Positions 21,319 through 31,139 of a stretch of 64,000 nt of DNA are shown piece by piece. The stretch is from an uncultured Gammaproteobacteria bacterium (lineage in GTDB: Bacteria > Pseudomonadota > Gammaproteobacteria > UBA9214), in the NCBI GenBank assembly GCA_963827755.1, contig CAWHCQ010000031.1, forward strand, positions 59,799 to 123,798, given 5' to 3'. Each line of letters opens with the position of its first letter. Within the stretch, counting starts at the first letter, position 1. The notes under the pieces were generated by a model. It saw only the letters and a list, made by a program, of their open reading frames with translations. It was not told where the DNA came from and ran no database searches. The position numbers were made by a program, and so were the translations under genes.

Positions 21319-21394
21319 TGGCAGGCCAGGAGGGAATCGAACCCCCAACCTACGGTTTTGGAGACCGTCGCTCTGCCAATTGAGCTACTGGCCT
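21319..21394 (-). tRNA. tRNA-Trp (CCA)
   Basis: AGGCCAGTAGCTCAATTGGCAGAGC...CTCCAAA...GGTTCGATTCC...GCCA, 76 nt. Confidence 0.97.
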
Positions 21395-21449
21395 GTAAAC
21401 TATTTACCCTCAACCTGGCGACAGGTCAGGGCCTGTGCGCTGCGCTTGA

Positions 21450-22640
21450 TCACTCGAGGATCTTGGACACGACGCCGGCGCCGACGGTACGGCCGCCTTC
21501 ACGAATCGCGAAGCGCAGACCATCCTCCATCGCGATCGGTGCAATCAACGACACCGTCATCTTGATGTTGTCACCCGGCATCACCATCTCCACACCTTCC
21601 GGCAAATCACACGCACCGGTCACGTCCGTCGTGCGGAAGTAAAACTGCGGCCGGTAATTGCTGAAAAACGGCGTGTGACGTCCACCCTCATCCTTGCTCA
21701 GGATGTACACCTCGCACTCGAACTTGGTGTGCGGCGTAATACTCCCCGGCTTCGCCAGCACCTGGCCGCGCTCGACCTCTTCACGCTTGGTGCCACGCAG
21801 CAGCACACCCACGTTGTCACCCGCACGGCCTTCGTCCAGCAACTTGCGAAACATCTCGACACCCGTGCAGGTCGTCGCCAGCGTGTCCTTGATGCCGACA
21901 ATCTGCAGCTCTTCGCCAACCTTGACGATACCGCGCTCGATACGACCCGTGACCACCGTGCCGCGGCCCGAAATCGAGAACACGTCCTCGACCGGCATCA
22001 GAAAATCACCGTCGATCGCACGCTCCGGCTCCGGAATGTACTTGTCCATCTCCTCAACCAGCTTGAGGATCGAGGGCACACCGATATCACTGGTGTCGCC
22101 TTCCAGCGCCTTCAGCGCCGAACCCGTCACGATCGGGGTGTCGTCACCCGGGAAATCGTACTTGTCCAGCAGCTCGCGAATCTCCATCTCGACCAGCTCC
22201 AGCAGCTCCGCATCATCGACCTGGTCGGCCTTGTTCATGTAAACCAGTATATAAGGCACGCCCACCTGGCGGGACAGCAGGATGTGCTCACGCGTCTGCG
22301 GCATCGGGCCGTCTGCGGCACTCACTACCAGGATCGCACCGTCCATCTGCGCCGCACCCGTGATCATGTTCTTCACGTAGTCAGCATGGCCCGGGCAGTC
22401 GACGTGCGCATAGTGGCGGTTCGGTGACTCGTATTCCACGTGCGACGTCGCAATCGTGATGCCGCGCTCGCGTTCTTCCGGCGCATTGTCAATCTGGTCG
22501 AAGGCCTTGAACTCACCACCGTGCGCTTCTGCCATCACCTTCGTGATCGCTGCCGTTAACGTTGTCTTGCCATGATCCACATGCCCGATCGTTCCAACGT
22601 TGACATGCGGCTTGGTACGTTCAAATTTTTCCTTGGACAT
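21450..22640 (-). CDS. tuf: Elongation factor Tu (tRNA operon copy)
   Basis: Protein identical to 4907..6097 except the KILE versus KIIE end. Confidence 0.99.
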   Translation of the reverse strand: MSKEKFERTKPHVNVGTIGHVDHGKTTLTAAITKVMAEAHGGEFKAFDQIDNAPEERERGITIATSHVEYESPNRHYAHVDCPGHADYVKNMITGAAQMDGAILVVSAADGPMPQTREHILLSRQVGVPYILVYMNKADQVDDAELLELVEMEIRELLDKYDFPGDDTPIVTGSALKALEGDTSDIGVPSILKLVEEMDKYIPEPERAIDGDFLMPVEDVFSISGRGTVVTGRIERGIVKVGEELQIVGIKDTLATTCTGVEMFRKLLDEGRAGDNVGVLLRGTKREEVERGQVLAKPGSITPHTKFECEVYILSKDEGGRHTPFFSNYRPQFYFRTTDVTGACDLPEGVEMVMPGDNIKMTVSLIAPIAMEDGLRFAIREGGRTVGAGVVSKILE

Positions 22641-22699
22641 TACACCTGACTCCCGTTCCTGTTTGCACGATTACACTCAACCAAATTGGTAACAACTAC

Positions 22700-22775
<76 letters not shown>

Positions 22776-22876
22776 AATTAACCCTTAAGCAAAACAAATG
22801 TGGCCGGATCTCTTTTCACCCCGGGCTCACAACACATCTCTTTCAAAAAAAACCGGGGGTCCAGCCCCGTCTGTAT

Positions 22877-22950
<74 letters not shown>

Positions 22951-23060
22951 CTGGCTAATCGCCCTGTCTTCAAGAAGTTACTCGCACGGCATAGCGGCGA
23001 TTTCGTGAACCTCTGTCGGTTCAAATCCTCCCCATTAGCTGCAGGGAAGTAACCATCCTC

Positions 23061-23145
23061 TGGTGGAGGGGGGAGGATTTGAACCTCCGAAGGCTGAGCC
23101 GTCAGATTTACAGTCTGATCCCTTTGACCACTCGGGAACCCCTCC
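23061..23145 (-). tRNA. tRNA-Tyr (GTA)
   Basis: GGAGGGGTTCCCGAGTGGTCAAAGGG...CTGTAAA; long variable arm; 85 nt. Confidence 0.97.
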
Positions 23146-23161
23146 AAAAAGCAAGCCCGCT

Positions 23162-23190
23162 ATTGTCTTGCAGGCGTTGGTGAGAGTCAA
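23162..23190 (-). promoter_or_regulatory. sigma70 promoter of tRNA-tuf operon
   Basis: TTGACT, 17 nt, GACAAT, followed by GC-rich discriminator AGCGGGC. Confidence 0.7.
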
Positions 23191-23595
23191 CAACAATACG
23201 GCATTGAATCAGTATCCATTCCGGTTGCAGCGGGATGTGTGACGTGAAATACAGTGCCGCCTGCCGCCAGCGCCAACCCGCCCCGTACTGCTGACTGTAT
23301 TCCGTTGATTCATATGCAGTTACAGAAAAGCTCATGGAACAGCCGGCCGGGATTGCCGCATCCGCCCGCGACACATGCCCTGGCATACGGCCACCGGCCT
23401 GCTCTGCGAGGATGATGAGCAAGCTGGTGCGGCGCCCGGGCTGAAACGGGGTGCGCGCCCACCGGCAGCACCCGCAGACGGGGCACTGAAAACCCCGCCA
23501 CCTGGCCCTATCTATCTGTTCTATATGAAATTAAACCAAGACATCAGACGGACAGCAACCCCTGCGGCGCAGGGGTTGCAGTGTCCCGGGACGTT

Positions 23596-24063
23596 CTAGT
23601 GGCTGAACTGACCGTGCCGAATGCCCTCACCGAGCAAGGCCTCGAACACTTCAGCACTCACATGGATCAATTGCTCATGGTCGCCGGCCTCGAAATAGAC
23701 TTCCGGCTGTTCCGCCAGCGCGTCGTCAACGATTGTTTCCACGCCATAGGCGGGCCCGATGGCCGGCAGTGCGCCGATTTCACAGTCGTGAAACAAGCGG
23801 CCCAGCTCGCTTTCCAGTGCCAGGCCGAGGTTGCGATTCAGCACCCGGTGCAACTCCCCCATGTCGACCTGCCGACTCGCCGGCAAGACAACCATGAGAT
23901 AACCCTGGTCATCTTCCAGCACCACAGATTTTGCCAGACGACCACCCGGAACATGCGAGGATTCAGCCGTTTCACCACTGCTGCTCGTATGCGCGTGCGT
24001 CAGGACATCGTATTCCACATCATGCTGTGCCAGAAAATCCGACACTGTTACCGGAATAGACAT
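23596..24063 (-). CDS. YbaK/EbsC-family aminoacyl-tRNA deacylase-like protein
   Basis: LAKSVVL, FHDCEIGALPAIG, VYFEAGDH. Confidence 0.88.
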   Translation of the reverse strand: MSIPVTVSDFLAQHDVEYDVLTHAHTSSSGETAESSHVPGGRLAKSVVLEDDQGYLMVVLPASRQVDMGELHRVLNRNLGLALESELGRLFHDCEIGALPAIGPAYGVETIVDDALAEQPEVYFEAGDHEQLIHVSAEVFEALLGEGIRHGQFSH

Positions 24064-24138
24064 GATCCAACCCTCCAGTCAAAAGTTACACGTATTCAAG
24101 TATAGATCACCAGATTTATTCTGCTGCAAGCGCGCGTT

Positions 24139-24693
24139 TCAGGCGCGCCTGCGCTGTTGAATGCTGAAGGCCCCGAGCTGCCGATACCAGCTGACCAGAT
24201 CCGCCAGGGAATAGGCCGCATTGGCCGGACTCGGGTTTGGCGTGACAAATACCCGGCTCTCGCCGATGGAAAACAGCTGTGCGCCCCAGCGCGGTTTTTC
24301 CCGCAGATCTTCTGCATAGCGCAGGTAATTGACGTAGGCCTGCTTGCCGTGAAACCAGGCAACGCCGGGTGCATTGCGCTCAATTTTTTCTTTTAGCAGC
24401 GGCGCCCACTCGCGATAATCTGCGGCGCGCAGCTCATTGCCACCGGCCGTGGGGCGCTTCACAACATCGGTAAAACCGATACCGAATTTATGGAACAGTG
24501 TTTCATTGGCCGCGATACCCGGCTTGAGTGTTTCGGTCACCAGGTTGCTGGCATTCAGCGCGCGCCAGAAGCGGTTGCGCGGGTTTGCAAAATAAAAGCC
24601 GGCGCGCACGGATGGCAATGACGGGTTCAGGCCAATGGAAAGAATGCCGAGGCCGGGACGGAGGTAATCGGGAAGGGTGTTGAGATTTTTCAT
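24139..24693 (-). CDS. mug: Mismatch-specific uracil DNA glycosylase (Mug/TDG family)
   Basis: LPDYL..GLNPS, NRFW, PNPSPAN. Confidence 0.88.
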   Translation of the reverse strand: MKNLNTLPDYLRPGLGILSIGLNPSLPSVRAGFYFANPRNRFWRALNASNLVTETLKPGIAANETLFHKFGIGFTDVVKRPTAGGNELRAADYREWAPLLKEKIERNAPGVAWFHGKQAYVNYLRYAEDLREKPRWGAQLFSIGESRVFVTPNPSPANAAYSLADLVSWYRQLGAFSIQQRRRA

Positions 24694-24700
24694 GGCGGCC

Positions 24701-25690
24701 TTACTCCAGGGCCACCACGTAACGCCCCCGGTGTTCCCCCCTGAGCAGTTCTTCACAGGCAAGGGGTAATTCATCAAGACTGACTGTCCCGGCAACAATC
24801 CTGTCGAGGTGTCGCGGTTTCAGGTCTGTCACCAGCCGCTTCCAGATTTTCCTGCGGCGCTGCATCGGGCAGTTGGCCGAGGTTATCCCGAGAATACTGA
24901 TACCCCGCAGGATGAACGGCATGACGCTGGTGTGCAGTTCCGTGCCACTGGCCATACCGATGCTGGCGATGTTCCCCCAGGGTTTAACGGTGCGCGTTAA
25001 CCAGGCAAGTGTGTCGCCGCCGACATTGTCGATCGCCCCGCCCCAAAGCGCCTTTTCCAGCGGACGACGCCCGTACTCCCGGGTGCTGCGATCGAGCACG
25101 TCGCTGGCGCCGAGGCCCTGCAGCCAGGTGCTTGCATCTGCCTTTCCGGTCAGGGCGGTGACTTCGTAGCCGCGGCTGCTCAACAGGTCGATGGCAAGAC
25201 TGCCCACGCCCCCGCTTGCACCGGTGACGATGACCGGGCCGGCATCCGGACGCTGTGCATTGCGTTCCAGCTGGTCGATCGCCAGCGCCGCGGTAAAACC
25301 CGCGGTGCCCAGCGCCATGGCATCGAACAGGCCCAGGCCGGGCGGCAGCGGCACGACCCAGTCGGCAGGAACACGCACCACCTCTGAAAACCCGCCGTCG
25401 TGGCTCTCGCCAAGGCCGCAGCCGGTGACCAGCACTTCATCACCCGGCCGGAAACGCGCATCGTCAGACCCGGCAACAACGCCCGCGACATCGACGCCGG
25501 CCACCAGCGGGAAGTGACGCAGTATCCTGCCCTTGCCGGTGACGGCCAGCGCATCTTTATAATTGATACTGGAGAAACGGGCCTGGATGACGACCTCACC
25601 GGGCGCGAGGTCACTGACTGAAAGTGTTTCAAGACGTGCCTCGGTGCCGTTACCCTGTGCATGGACCCGCAAGGCCCGAAAGGCATCCAT
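24701..25690 (-). CDS. YhdH/AcuI-family NADPH quinone oxidoreductase (MDR)
   Basis: SSINYKDALA, GTAGFTA, TGASGGVGS, MPFILRG. Confidence 0.92.
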   Translation of the reverse strand: MDAFRALRVHAQGNGTEARLETLSVSDLAPGEVVIQARFSSINYKDALAVTGKGRILRHFPLVAGVDVAGVVAGSDDARFRPGDEVLVTGCGLGESHDGGFSEVVRVPADWVVPLPPGLGLFDAMALGTAGFTAALAIDQLERNAQRPDAGPVIVTGASGGVGSLAIDLLSSRGYEVTALTGKADASTWLQGLGASDVLDRSTREYGRRPLEKALWGGAIDNVGGDTLAWLTRTVKPWGNIASIGMASGTELHTSVMPFILRGISILGITSANCPMQRRRKIWKRLVTDLKPRHLDRIVAGTVSLDELPLACEELLRGEHRGRYVVALE

Positions 25691-25692
25691 GT

Positions 25693-26196
25693 CTAGTCTT
25701 CCGCTGCAGGCTCTGCCTTGTCTTTTGGCAACCAGTTCAGGTTACCCTCAACATTGAACGGCAACTTCCTCAGCCTTGTCCCCAGGCTGATCTTTCCGCT
25801 CAGGCGGTAGTTCAGGCTGTCATTGTTCTCCTCACTCATTTTCTGGAACTGCCGCATGACGTTCAACAGGTTACTGACCACCTCAACGTCCAGCAGTGCC
25901 TCGCTGAATGCCGGAATAGACACCGGCTGGCGGCTGACGCCATAGGCAAATTCATGGCCGTTAATATCGATTGAATAACTCAGGCCACGCATCGGGATCG
26001 TGACATCATTCGGGTTCATGATGCGCAACTGCATGCCGTAGCGCTGCTCCAGCAGACCCATTTCCAGCGGCTGGATGCTGACCAGTGATACGCGCGGGGT
26101 TTCCTCGTAGCCACCGAAGGAGGAGCAGGCAGTCAACGTTATTGCACAACACATCAACAGGATTGCCCTTGCCGATGCACCTTGTTTCGTTGTCAT
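25693..26196 (-). CDS. LEA type 2 family lipoprotein
   Basis: Lipobox LTAC; LRIMNPN motif. Confidence 0.85.
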   Translation of the reverse strand: MTTKQGASARAILLMCCAITLTACSSFGGYEETPRVSLVSIQPLEMGLLEQRYGMQLRIMNPNDVTIPMRGLSYSIDINGHEFAYGVSRQPVSIPAFSEALLDVEVVSNLLNVMRQFQKMSEENNDSLNYRLSGKISLGTRLRKLPFNVEGNLNWLPKDKAEPAAED

Positions 26197-26237
26197 GTTC
26201 CGATTCCTGTTGGATTATGCATGTGTGATGCATCCTT

Positions 26238-26298
26238 TTCGCGGGTGAGACCCGCACCTGCAGGCCAATCCGGCGCAGGAGCGGATCTCATCCGCGAT
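26238..26298. repeat. Two family A REP units, back to back
   Basis: TTCGCGGGTGAGACCCGCACCTGC and GCAGGAGCGGATCTCATCCGCGAT; the latter matches the unit at 20290 at 23/24 nt. Confidence 0.78.
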
Positions 26299-26314
26299 GA
26301 ATCTGGTTCCTTTC

Positions 26315-27022
26315 TCATTTCATTTCGTCGCCCTTGCAGACCGGGCCGTAGGGTGAATCACGGTGGCTGTCATGATAGTGCATCCGGTAGGTAATAAACC
26401 GGTCACTGTCGTCAAAATGCATGAACGGATTACCTTCCAGCTGCTGTTCCATGGTCGAGGTGGTGGTTTCCGAGTAGTTATGGCCGGGATGGATAATGGT
26501 TCCCCCCGGCAGGCCCGTGGCCATGTCCTTGAGGGTGACATACATCTGCTCCGGGTCGCCGCCTTTCAGGTCGCAGCGCCCGCAGCCATAGACGAACAGG
26601 GTGTCGCCGGTAATCAGGTGGTCGCCAATGTGATAACAGGCCGACCCCGGCGTGTGCCCGGGTGTATGCAGCACGTGGATCGGGGTCTCACCCAGCTCGA
26701 TGCGATCACCACCATGATGCAGCGTCGGCAAATCAAGCCCCCGCCCCCAGAATCGGGCCTCCTCCCTGAGCAGGTGCAGCTGCGCGTCCCGGGACGCAAG
26801 CAGTTCTTCAATGCCGTTGATATGGTCATGGTGACTGTGCGTAAGCAGGACATCGGTGATGCGCACGCCCTGCCGGGCGGCAAGCGCCAGCACCGCGGGC
26901 ACGTCCCAGGCGGGATCGACGACGGCCGCCCGGTCGGTGGCATGATCATGTACCAGGTAGACAAAGTTCTCCATGGGCCCCAGTTCAAGGGCATGGATTG
27001 AAAATGGCTCGGTAACCGGCAT
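26315..27022 (-). CDS. MBL-fold metallo-hydrolase (glyoxalase II / persulfide dioxygenase-like)
   Basis: THSHHDH, HTPGHTPG, TGDTLF, CGRCDL, PGHNY. Confidence 0.88.
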   Translation of the reverse strand: MPVTEPFSIHALELGPMENFVYLVHDHATDRAAVVDPAWDVPAVLALAARQGVRITDVLLTHSHHDHINGIEELLASRDAQLHLLREEARFWGRGLDLPTLHHGGDRIELGETPIHVLHTPGHTPGSACYHIGDHLITGDTLFVYGCGRCDLKGGDPEQMYVTLKDMATGLPGGTIIHPGHNYSETTTSTMEQQLEGNPFMHFDDSDRFITYRMHYHDSHRDSPYGPVCKGDEMK

Positions 27023-27161
27023 CAGGACCTCGATTCACAGCTGATGGATGATCCCATTATGGTTGATGTACAGACTCATGGACAACATGCCCCGTCCGGC
27101 GTTCACCACGCACCTGTCTGAGTAGTATGATCACAGCCCTGCAATCCCCTGGAACAAAGCC

Positions 27162-27755
27162 GTGGCCGTCCATAAAATGCTGCTTCACCCGGCAGACCCG
27201 CACTGCGCGCCGATCACGACGGACACGCTGGCCGAGTGCCTGCAATCCATCGGCCTGATCAGCGATCCGGTCCGGCTCGACGCTGAAACGATATACCCGG
27301 TCGGTGAGCAGTTCCTGCAACTCATCACCTTCCTGGGATGCTCGCCGATGATCGAGATCGAATTACCGGCGGATATTGATTCCCTGGAGGCAGGCAGCCG
27401 GGACGGGCGGTTTTGCCATGTCAGCCTCAGCGGCGATGGCGAACATTTACACTTTCGTGCCGACGCACACCCACACGAGCCGCGTTGCCCGCATTGCCGC
27501 AAGCCGGATCCAGACTGGCGTGAGCACCTGCACGCCTGGCGTGAAGACCGGCAACGCCTGCACTGGTCCTGTGCTGTCTGCGACTATACGGGGCAGCTGA
27601 CGGATTTGAATTTCCGTAAATCTGCCGGATTCGGCAGGACCTTCATCGAAATCCGCGGCATCTATCCCTCCGAGGCGATCCCGGGCGAAGCCCTGCTTGC
27701 CGGCCTGCAGGCCATCAGCGGCTGTCAATGGAACATCCTTTATATCAAGGAATAG
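27162..27755 (+). CDS. Hypothetical protein with CxxC...CxxC (putative Zn ribbon)
   Basis: 197-aa ORF; FLGCSP, CPHC, CAVC. Confidence 0.7.
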   Translation: MAVHKMLLHPADPHCAPITTDTLAECLQSIGLISDPVRLDAETIYPVGEQFLQLITFLGCSPMIEIELPADIDSLEAGSRDGRFCHVSLSGDGEHLHFRADAHPHEPRCPHCRKPDPDWREHLHAWREDRQRLHWSCAVCDYTGQLTDLNFRKSAGFGRTFIEIRGIYPSEAIPGEALLAGLQAISGCQWNILYIKE

Positions 27756-27816
27756 GCGGAATTTTCACTGGATGCACCCGTATATGTCACAATAGAGCCT
27801 GTTAAAGCTGTTTATA

Positions 27817-27851
27817 TCCCTCTCCCCAATCTCTTCCGAAGGGAGAGGGAG
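27817..27851. repeat. CCCTCTCCC-type palindromic intergenic repeat unit
   Basis: TCCCTCTCCCCAATCTCTTCCGAAGGGAGAGGG(A); single copy in this window. Confidence 0.45.
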
Positions 27852-27903
27852 TTAAAGCGGCAGACTTGCTGTTCACAGTAAACCAGACCGGGCTATCACA
27901 CCA

Positions 27904-28194
27904 ATGAGCGAAGAAAAGCTGAGCAAGGAAGAACGTATCCTGATTGCCATGAAACGGGTGCTGACCGATATCGCCAAGGATACCTACACCCGGCCCGGTC
28001 ACCGCCACCCGCTCTCCGATGATACCGTCAACGACATCCGCCACTGTCTCAGCCTGATCACGGCTCGCGAAGCGGAATTGAATGAAGCGGCCGGACGACC
28101 CATGAACCATCGACCCCGATTTGTCGATGAACCCCAGTCCTCGGTGGTCGTTCCCCTGACGATCCCCAAGGACAAGGACAAGAAGAAACCCTGA
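27904..28194 (+). CDS. Small hypothetical protein
   Basis: 96 aa with coding-like composition; HPLSD, CLSLITAREAEL, RPRFVDE. Confidence 0.75.
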   Translation: MSEEKLSKEERILIAMKRVLTDIAKDTYTRPGHRHPLSDDTVNDIRHCLSLITAREAELNEAAGRPMNHRPRFVDEPQSSVVVPLTIPKDKDKKKP

Positions 28195-28477
28195 TCCCCC
28201 GGCCGACCTGGTCGGCCTTGCCAATCCTCCCCACCTGACCGGCACGCCCGGTCCGAACCCCACGGCTGCCGCCGGCAATGCCCGCGACAGCACCCTCTCG
28301 CCAAATTTTCAATGTGAAATCAGGGCTTAAGCTTGACCTCGGGCACGCCGATAGAACAGGAAGCAGCGGTCTTCCCGCAGGCACCGAGCTCGAAATAATG
28401 CCGGCGGCGGAAATCTGTTTTTATCTGATTAACAGAGGGTTACATGAGCGGCTATCGGCCGGGGGCCAGTCAGGAAA

Positions 28478-30561
28478 ATGAACACTTCTACACGGGAAGA
28501 CAGGCAACACAAACCGGCCGGGAAAGAATACCCGGCAGCTGGTGCAGGCCGGCACGGCCGGCTGCGGCGGCAGGCACACCGGATCAAGCGCACCGGCATC
28601 GGCCTGCTCGCGGGGCTCACCACGGCCTTTATGGTTCAGGCAGCGCAAACCGGCAACGTGCTGCCGGATGATCTCACCGAGATGAGTCTTGAGGCCCTGA
28701 TGAATATCGAGGTCACCTCGGTTTCCAAGAAACCACAGAAAAAATCGGAAGCCGCTGCTGCAATTTTCGTTATCACGAATAATGACCTGAAACGCTGGGG
28801 CGTCACCAACATCCCCGAAGCCCTGCGTCGCGTTCCCGGCCTGCAGGTCGCACGCATCGATGCCAACAAGTGGGCCATCACCGCGCGTGGTTTCAACAGC
28901 CGATTTGCCAACAAGCTGCTGGTACTGATCGATGGCCGCAGCGTCTATACCCCGTTATTTGCAGGCGTCTACTGGGAAGCCAACGAGGTCATGCTGGAGG
29001 ATGTCGAGCGCATTGAAGTCATCCGCGGTCCCGGCGGCACCCTGTGGGGGGCGAATGCCGTCAACGGCGTTATCAACATTATTACCAAATCGGCTGCCGA
29101 CACCCTGGGCAACGTGGTCGTGGCCGGGGCAGGCAACGAAGAAAGGGGGTTTGCCGAGGCTCGTCATGGCGGCGAAAGCAGCGGAGGAAAATATTACCGC
29201 GTCTATGGCAAATTCCGCGCTGTCGACAGCGGCGGTTCGATCAATACAGGCATTCCGGGCATGTTGCCCGGGGCGCATGATGACAGCGATATTGCCCAGA
29301 CCGGCTTCCGCATGGATTGGGAAAAAGGCACGGCAGACAGCTATACCGTGCAAGGTGATTATTATGCGGGCAAGGGTGGTCAGCAATTGCTGATTGCCAC
29401 GTCCCCTGCCCCGCTGGTGGATGATGCCGATTACAGCGGGGGTAACCTGAGCGGCCGCTGGACACACTCGGGCAGTGACCAGTCCAGGCTGACGGTGCAG
29501 GCCTATTATGACTACGTCAGCCGTGACAGCGCAGTACTCTATGAAGATCGACACACCGTGGATATCGAGGTTGAGCATCACTCCGTACTGAAGGATATAC
29601 ATCATGTCGTTTGGGGCCTTAATTACCGCCACATCAGCGACGACACCGAGCCGAGATCGATATTCAGTCTCAGCCCGGCAAAGCGCAACATCAACCTGTA
29701 CAGCGCCTTCCTGCAGGATGAGATCAGTTTCTGGGACGACAAGGCAAAGTTAACCCTCGGCTCCAAGTTCGAGCACAATGACTTTAGCGGCTCGGAAGTT
29801 CAGCCGAATGCGCGTTTCGCCTGGGTCACCGATGCAGGCAACACACTATGGGCCGCTGCCTCCCGTGCCGTACGCACACCCTCCAGGGGTGAACATGCGG
29901 TAAGCCTGGCTGTTATCCCGCCCCGCCGGCACACCGCCACTGACGATCCTGGGCAACGATAATTACGACTCCGAGACACTGACCGCGTACGAGATCGGCT
30001 ATCGCTTCACACCGAACGATAATATGTCCGTCGACCTGACAGCCTTCTTCAATGAATATGACGAGCTACGGACTATCGAATTCTTAACTCCCGCATCTGC
30101 GCATATTCGAAAACAACATGAAAGGACACACCCACGGTGTTGAAGTAGACACACACTGGAAGGTCAACGACCGGCTTGACGTCAATGCCAACTACAGCTG
30201 GCTTGAAGTCGACCTTGACCTGGTCAATGGAAGCATGGATGCCATGTCAGAAAGCGCGGAAAACGCCTCCCCGCAACACCAGGCGAATATCTGGCTTGCA
30301 ACCGACCTCGGCAAGCGCGTTGAACTGGATGCCGGCATTCGGTATGTAGGCAGCCTGGAAACTTTCGGATTTCCCAAAACAGACAGCTATGTAGCCGTAG
30401 ACGCCCGTCTCGGCTGGTCACCGCGCCATGGGGTTGACCTGGCGCTCGTTGGACAAAACCTGTTTGACAATGCGCACCCCGAATTCAACCCGGATTTTAT
30501 TTTCTCGGTTCCGACCCAGGTTGAACGCAGTATTTACGGCAAAGTTACCCTGAGCTTCTAG
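28478..30561 (+). CDS. TonB-dependent receptor (two apparent frameshifts, ~29920 and ~30103)
   Basis: Plug motifs LVLIDGR, IEVIRGPGGTLWGANAVNGVINI; bridging frame ILGNDNYDSETLTAYEIGYR; C-terminal Phe. Confidence 0.9.
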
Positions 30562-30564
30562 ACG

Positions 30565-31132
30565 ATGATCGACTACTGGAAGAAAACCGGCCTCAAGTTC
30601 GTCCTGCCGGTTATTTTCGGAACATTGCTGACCGGTGCGTCTGCCTTCAGCATGGCGGAAGACAGCGTGTCCACTGAATACAGGATCAAGGCGGCATTCC
30701 TTTACAACTTTTCACGTTTTGTCACCTGGCCCGGAGAGACCGGCGAGGTCGCAGGCACGTTTAACCTGTGCATCTTCGGTGGCGACCCCTTCGGTCAACT
30801 GCTGGACGCACTTGCAGGAAAATCCGTACATAAAAGCCTGCTCGAGGTAAAAAGGATCAAGAATCCGGATGAGGCCCGGGAATGCCAGATAATTTTCATC
30901 GGCAATACCAGTGACCGGCGATCTTGAAAATATTATGTCGTCGCTGCGGACTCAACCGACACTGACGGTAAGCGACAAAAAGGGGTTCACCGACCATGGC
31001 GGGATCATCCAGTTCAAGCTGGTCAACAACAAGGTTCAGTTCAATATCAACATCGACGCAGTAAATAAAGCAGGCCTGACAATCAGCTCGAAATTACTTT
31101 CCCTGGCAACCGTTGTAAGGAACGACCAGTAG
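30565..31132 (+). CDS. YfiR/DUF4154-family periplasmic protein (apparent frameshift ~30915)
   Basis: EYRIKAAFLYNFSRFVTWP, then LTVSD, QFNIN, ISSKLLSLA in the next frame. Confidence 0.88.
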
Positions 31133-31139
31133 ACTTGCA

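Noticed and set aside
23200-23590. ORFs 23108..23422, 23310..23501 and 23375..23599; possible island boundary next to the tRNAs
   Set aside because: No recognisable motifs or RBS; no integrase or tRNA 3'-end direct repeat seen
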